A stretch of DNA of 17,132 bases from an uncultured archaeon (GTDB lineage Archaea; Asgardarchaeota; Heimdallarchaeia; Heimdallarchaeales; Heimdallarchaeaceae), in the NCBI GenBank assembly GCA_964549075.1, contig CAZJUB010000007.1, positions 39,014 through 56,145 of the forward strand, read 5' to 3'. Each line of letters starts with the position of its first letter. Position 1 is the stretch's first letter. A program made the translations under genes and the position numbers. This document shows positions 16,874 to 17,132 of the stretch, in pieces. The notes under the pieces were generated by a model that did not search any database, was not told where the DNA came from, and saw nothing but the letters and a program-made list of their open reading frames with translations.

Positions 16874-17132
16874 ATGAATGAAAAAGAAGATTCAATGGAA
16901 ATGCTTGATTGGGACAAAAAAAACATAATTCGATTTGCCCAATATCTATACGATTTAGCTAAGGAAAGGGTTCAATTAGATAATGTAATCTCTCCAGAAG
17001 CTATTTTAAAAGCACCTATAGAATCTGAGGTAGTAGAGGAAGTTCTAGAAGAACCAGATGTTGAAATCGAAGAAGAGGTTCTAGAAGAACCAGATGTTGA
17101 AATCGAAGAAGAGGTTCTAGAAGAACCAGATG
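16874..17132 (+). CDS. 5' part of a highly acidic repeat-containing protein (absent from the ORF track, runs off the window)
   Basis: ATG 16874 follows an in-frame TAA at 16859 and is open to the end: MNEKEDSMEMLDWDKKNIIRFAQYLYDLAKERVQLDNVISPEAILKAPIESEVVEE(VLEEPDVEIEEE)n. Confidence 0.8.
   Translation, partial: MNEKEDSMEMLDWDKKNIIRFAQYLYDLAKERVQLDNVISPEAILKAPIESEVVEEVLEEPDVEIEEEVLEEPDVEIEEEVLEEPD
17042..17132 (+). repeat. Perfect 36-bp coding tandem repeat, at least 2.5 copies
   Basis: GTTCTAGAAGAACCAGATGTTGAAATCGAAGAAGAG starts at 17042, 17078 and 17114 (truncated) and encodes VLEEPDVEIEEE. Confidence 0.95.

Noticed and set aside
17042-17132. 36-bp repeats as a CRISPR array
   Set aside because: The units are directly adjacent with no spacers, are a multiple of three and are in frame within an ORF. 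No cas genes are present.

Overview
AT-rich, gene-dense archaeal DNA, most consistent with an Asgard archaeon, plausibly Heimdallarchaeia. This is inferred from the TFB gene, TATA/GGTGA signals and eukaryote-like RING and Rpn11/CSN5-type JAMM proteins. Genes in order: a divergent TFB, a glycosylated PKD-domain surface protein, a pyruvoyl arginine decarboxylase-like gene back-to-back with a glutamine synthetase-family gene, and a putative operon of an 8x winged-helix/Zn-ribbon/RING protein, a MazG-like protein and a LolD-type ABC ATPase. Next come a probable HEAT-repeat pseudogene, two membrane proteins, a degenerate AAA+/wHTH protein, a galactokinase-like GHMP kinase, and a minus-strand run of kinase-like, membrane-anchored JAMM, CofE-like and FolP genes. 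The window ends inside an acidic 36-bp tandem-repeat ORF that the supplied track missed. The best leads are two ubiquitin-system proteins with unusual architectures (poly-WH RING E3 and tail-anchored JAMM isopeptidase) and a CofE-FolP couple suggesting FolC-independent folate glutamylation. All family calls come from reading motifs by eye; no searches were run, so novelty is unverified. I recognised no RNA genes, CRISPR arrays or mobile elements.
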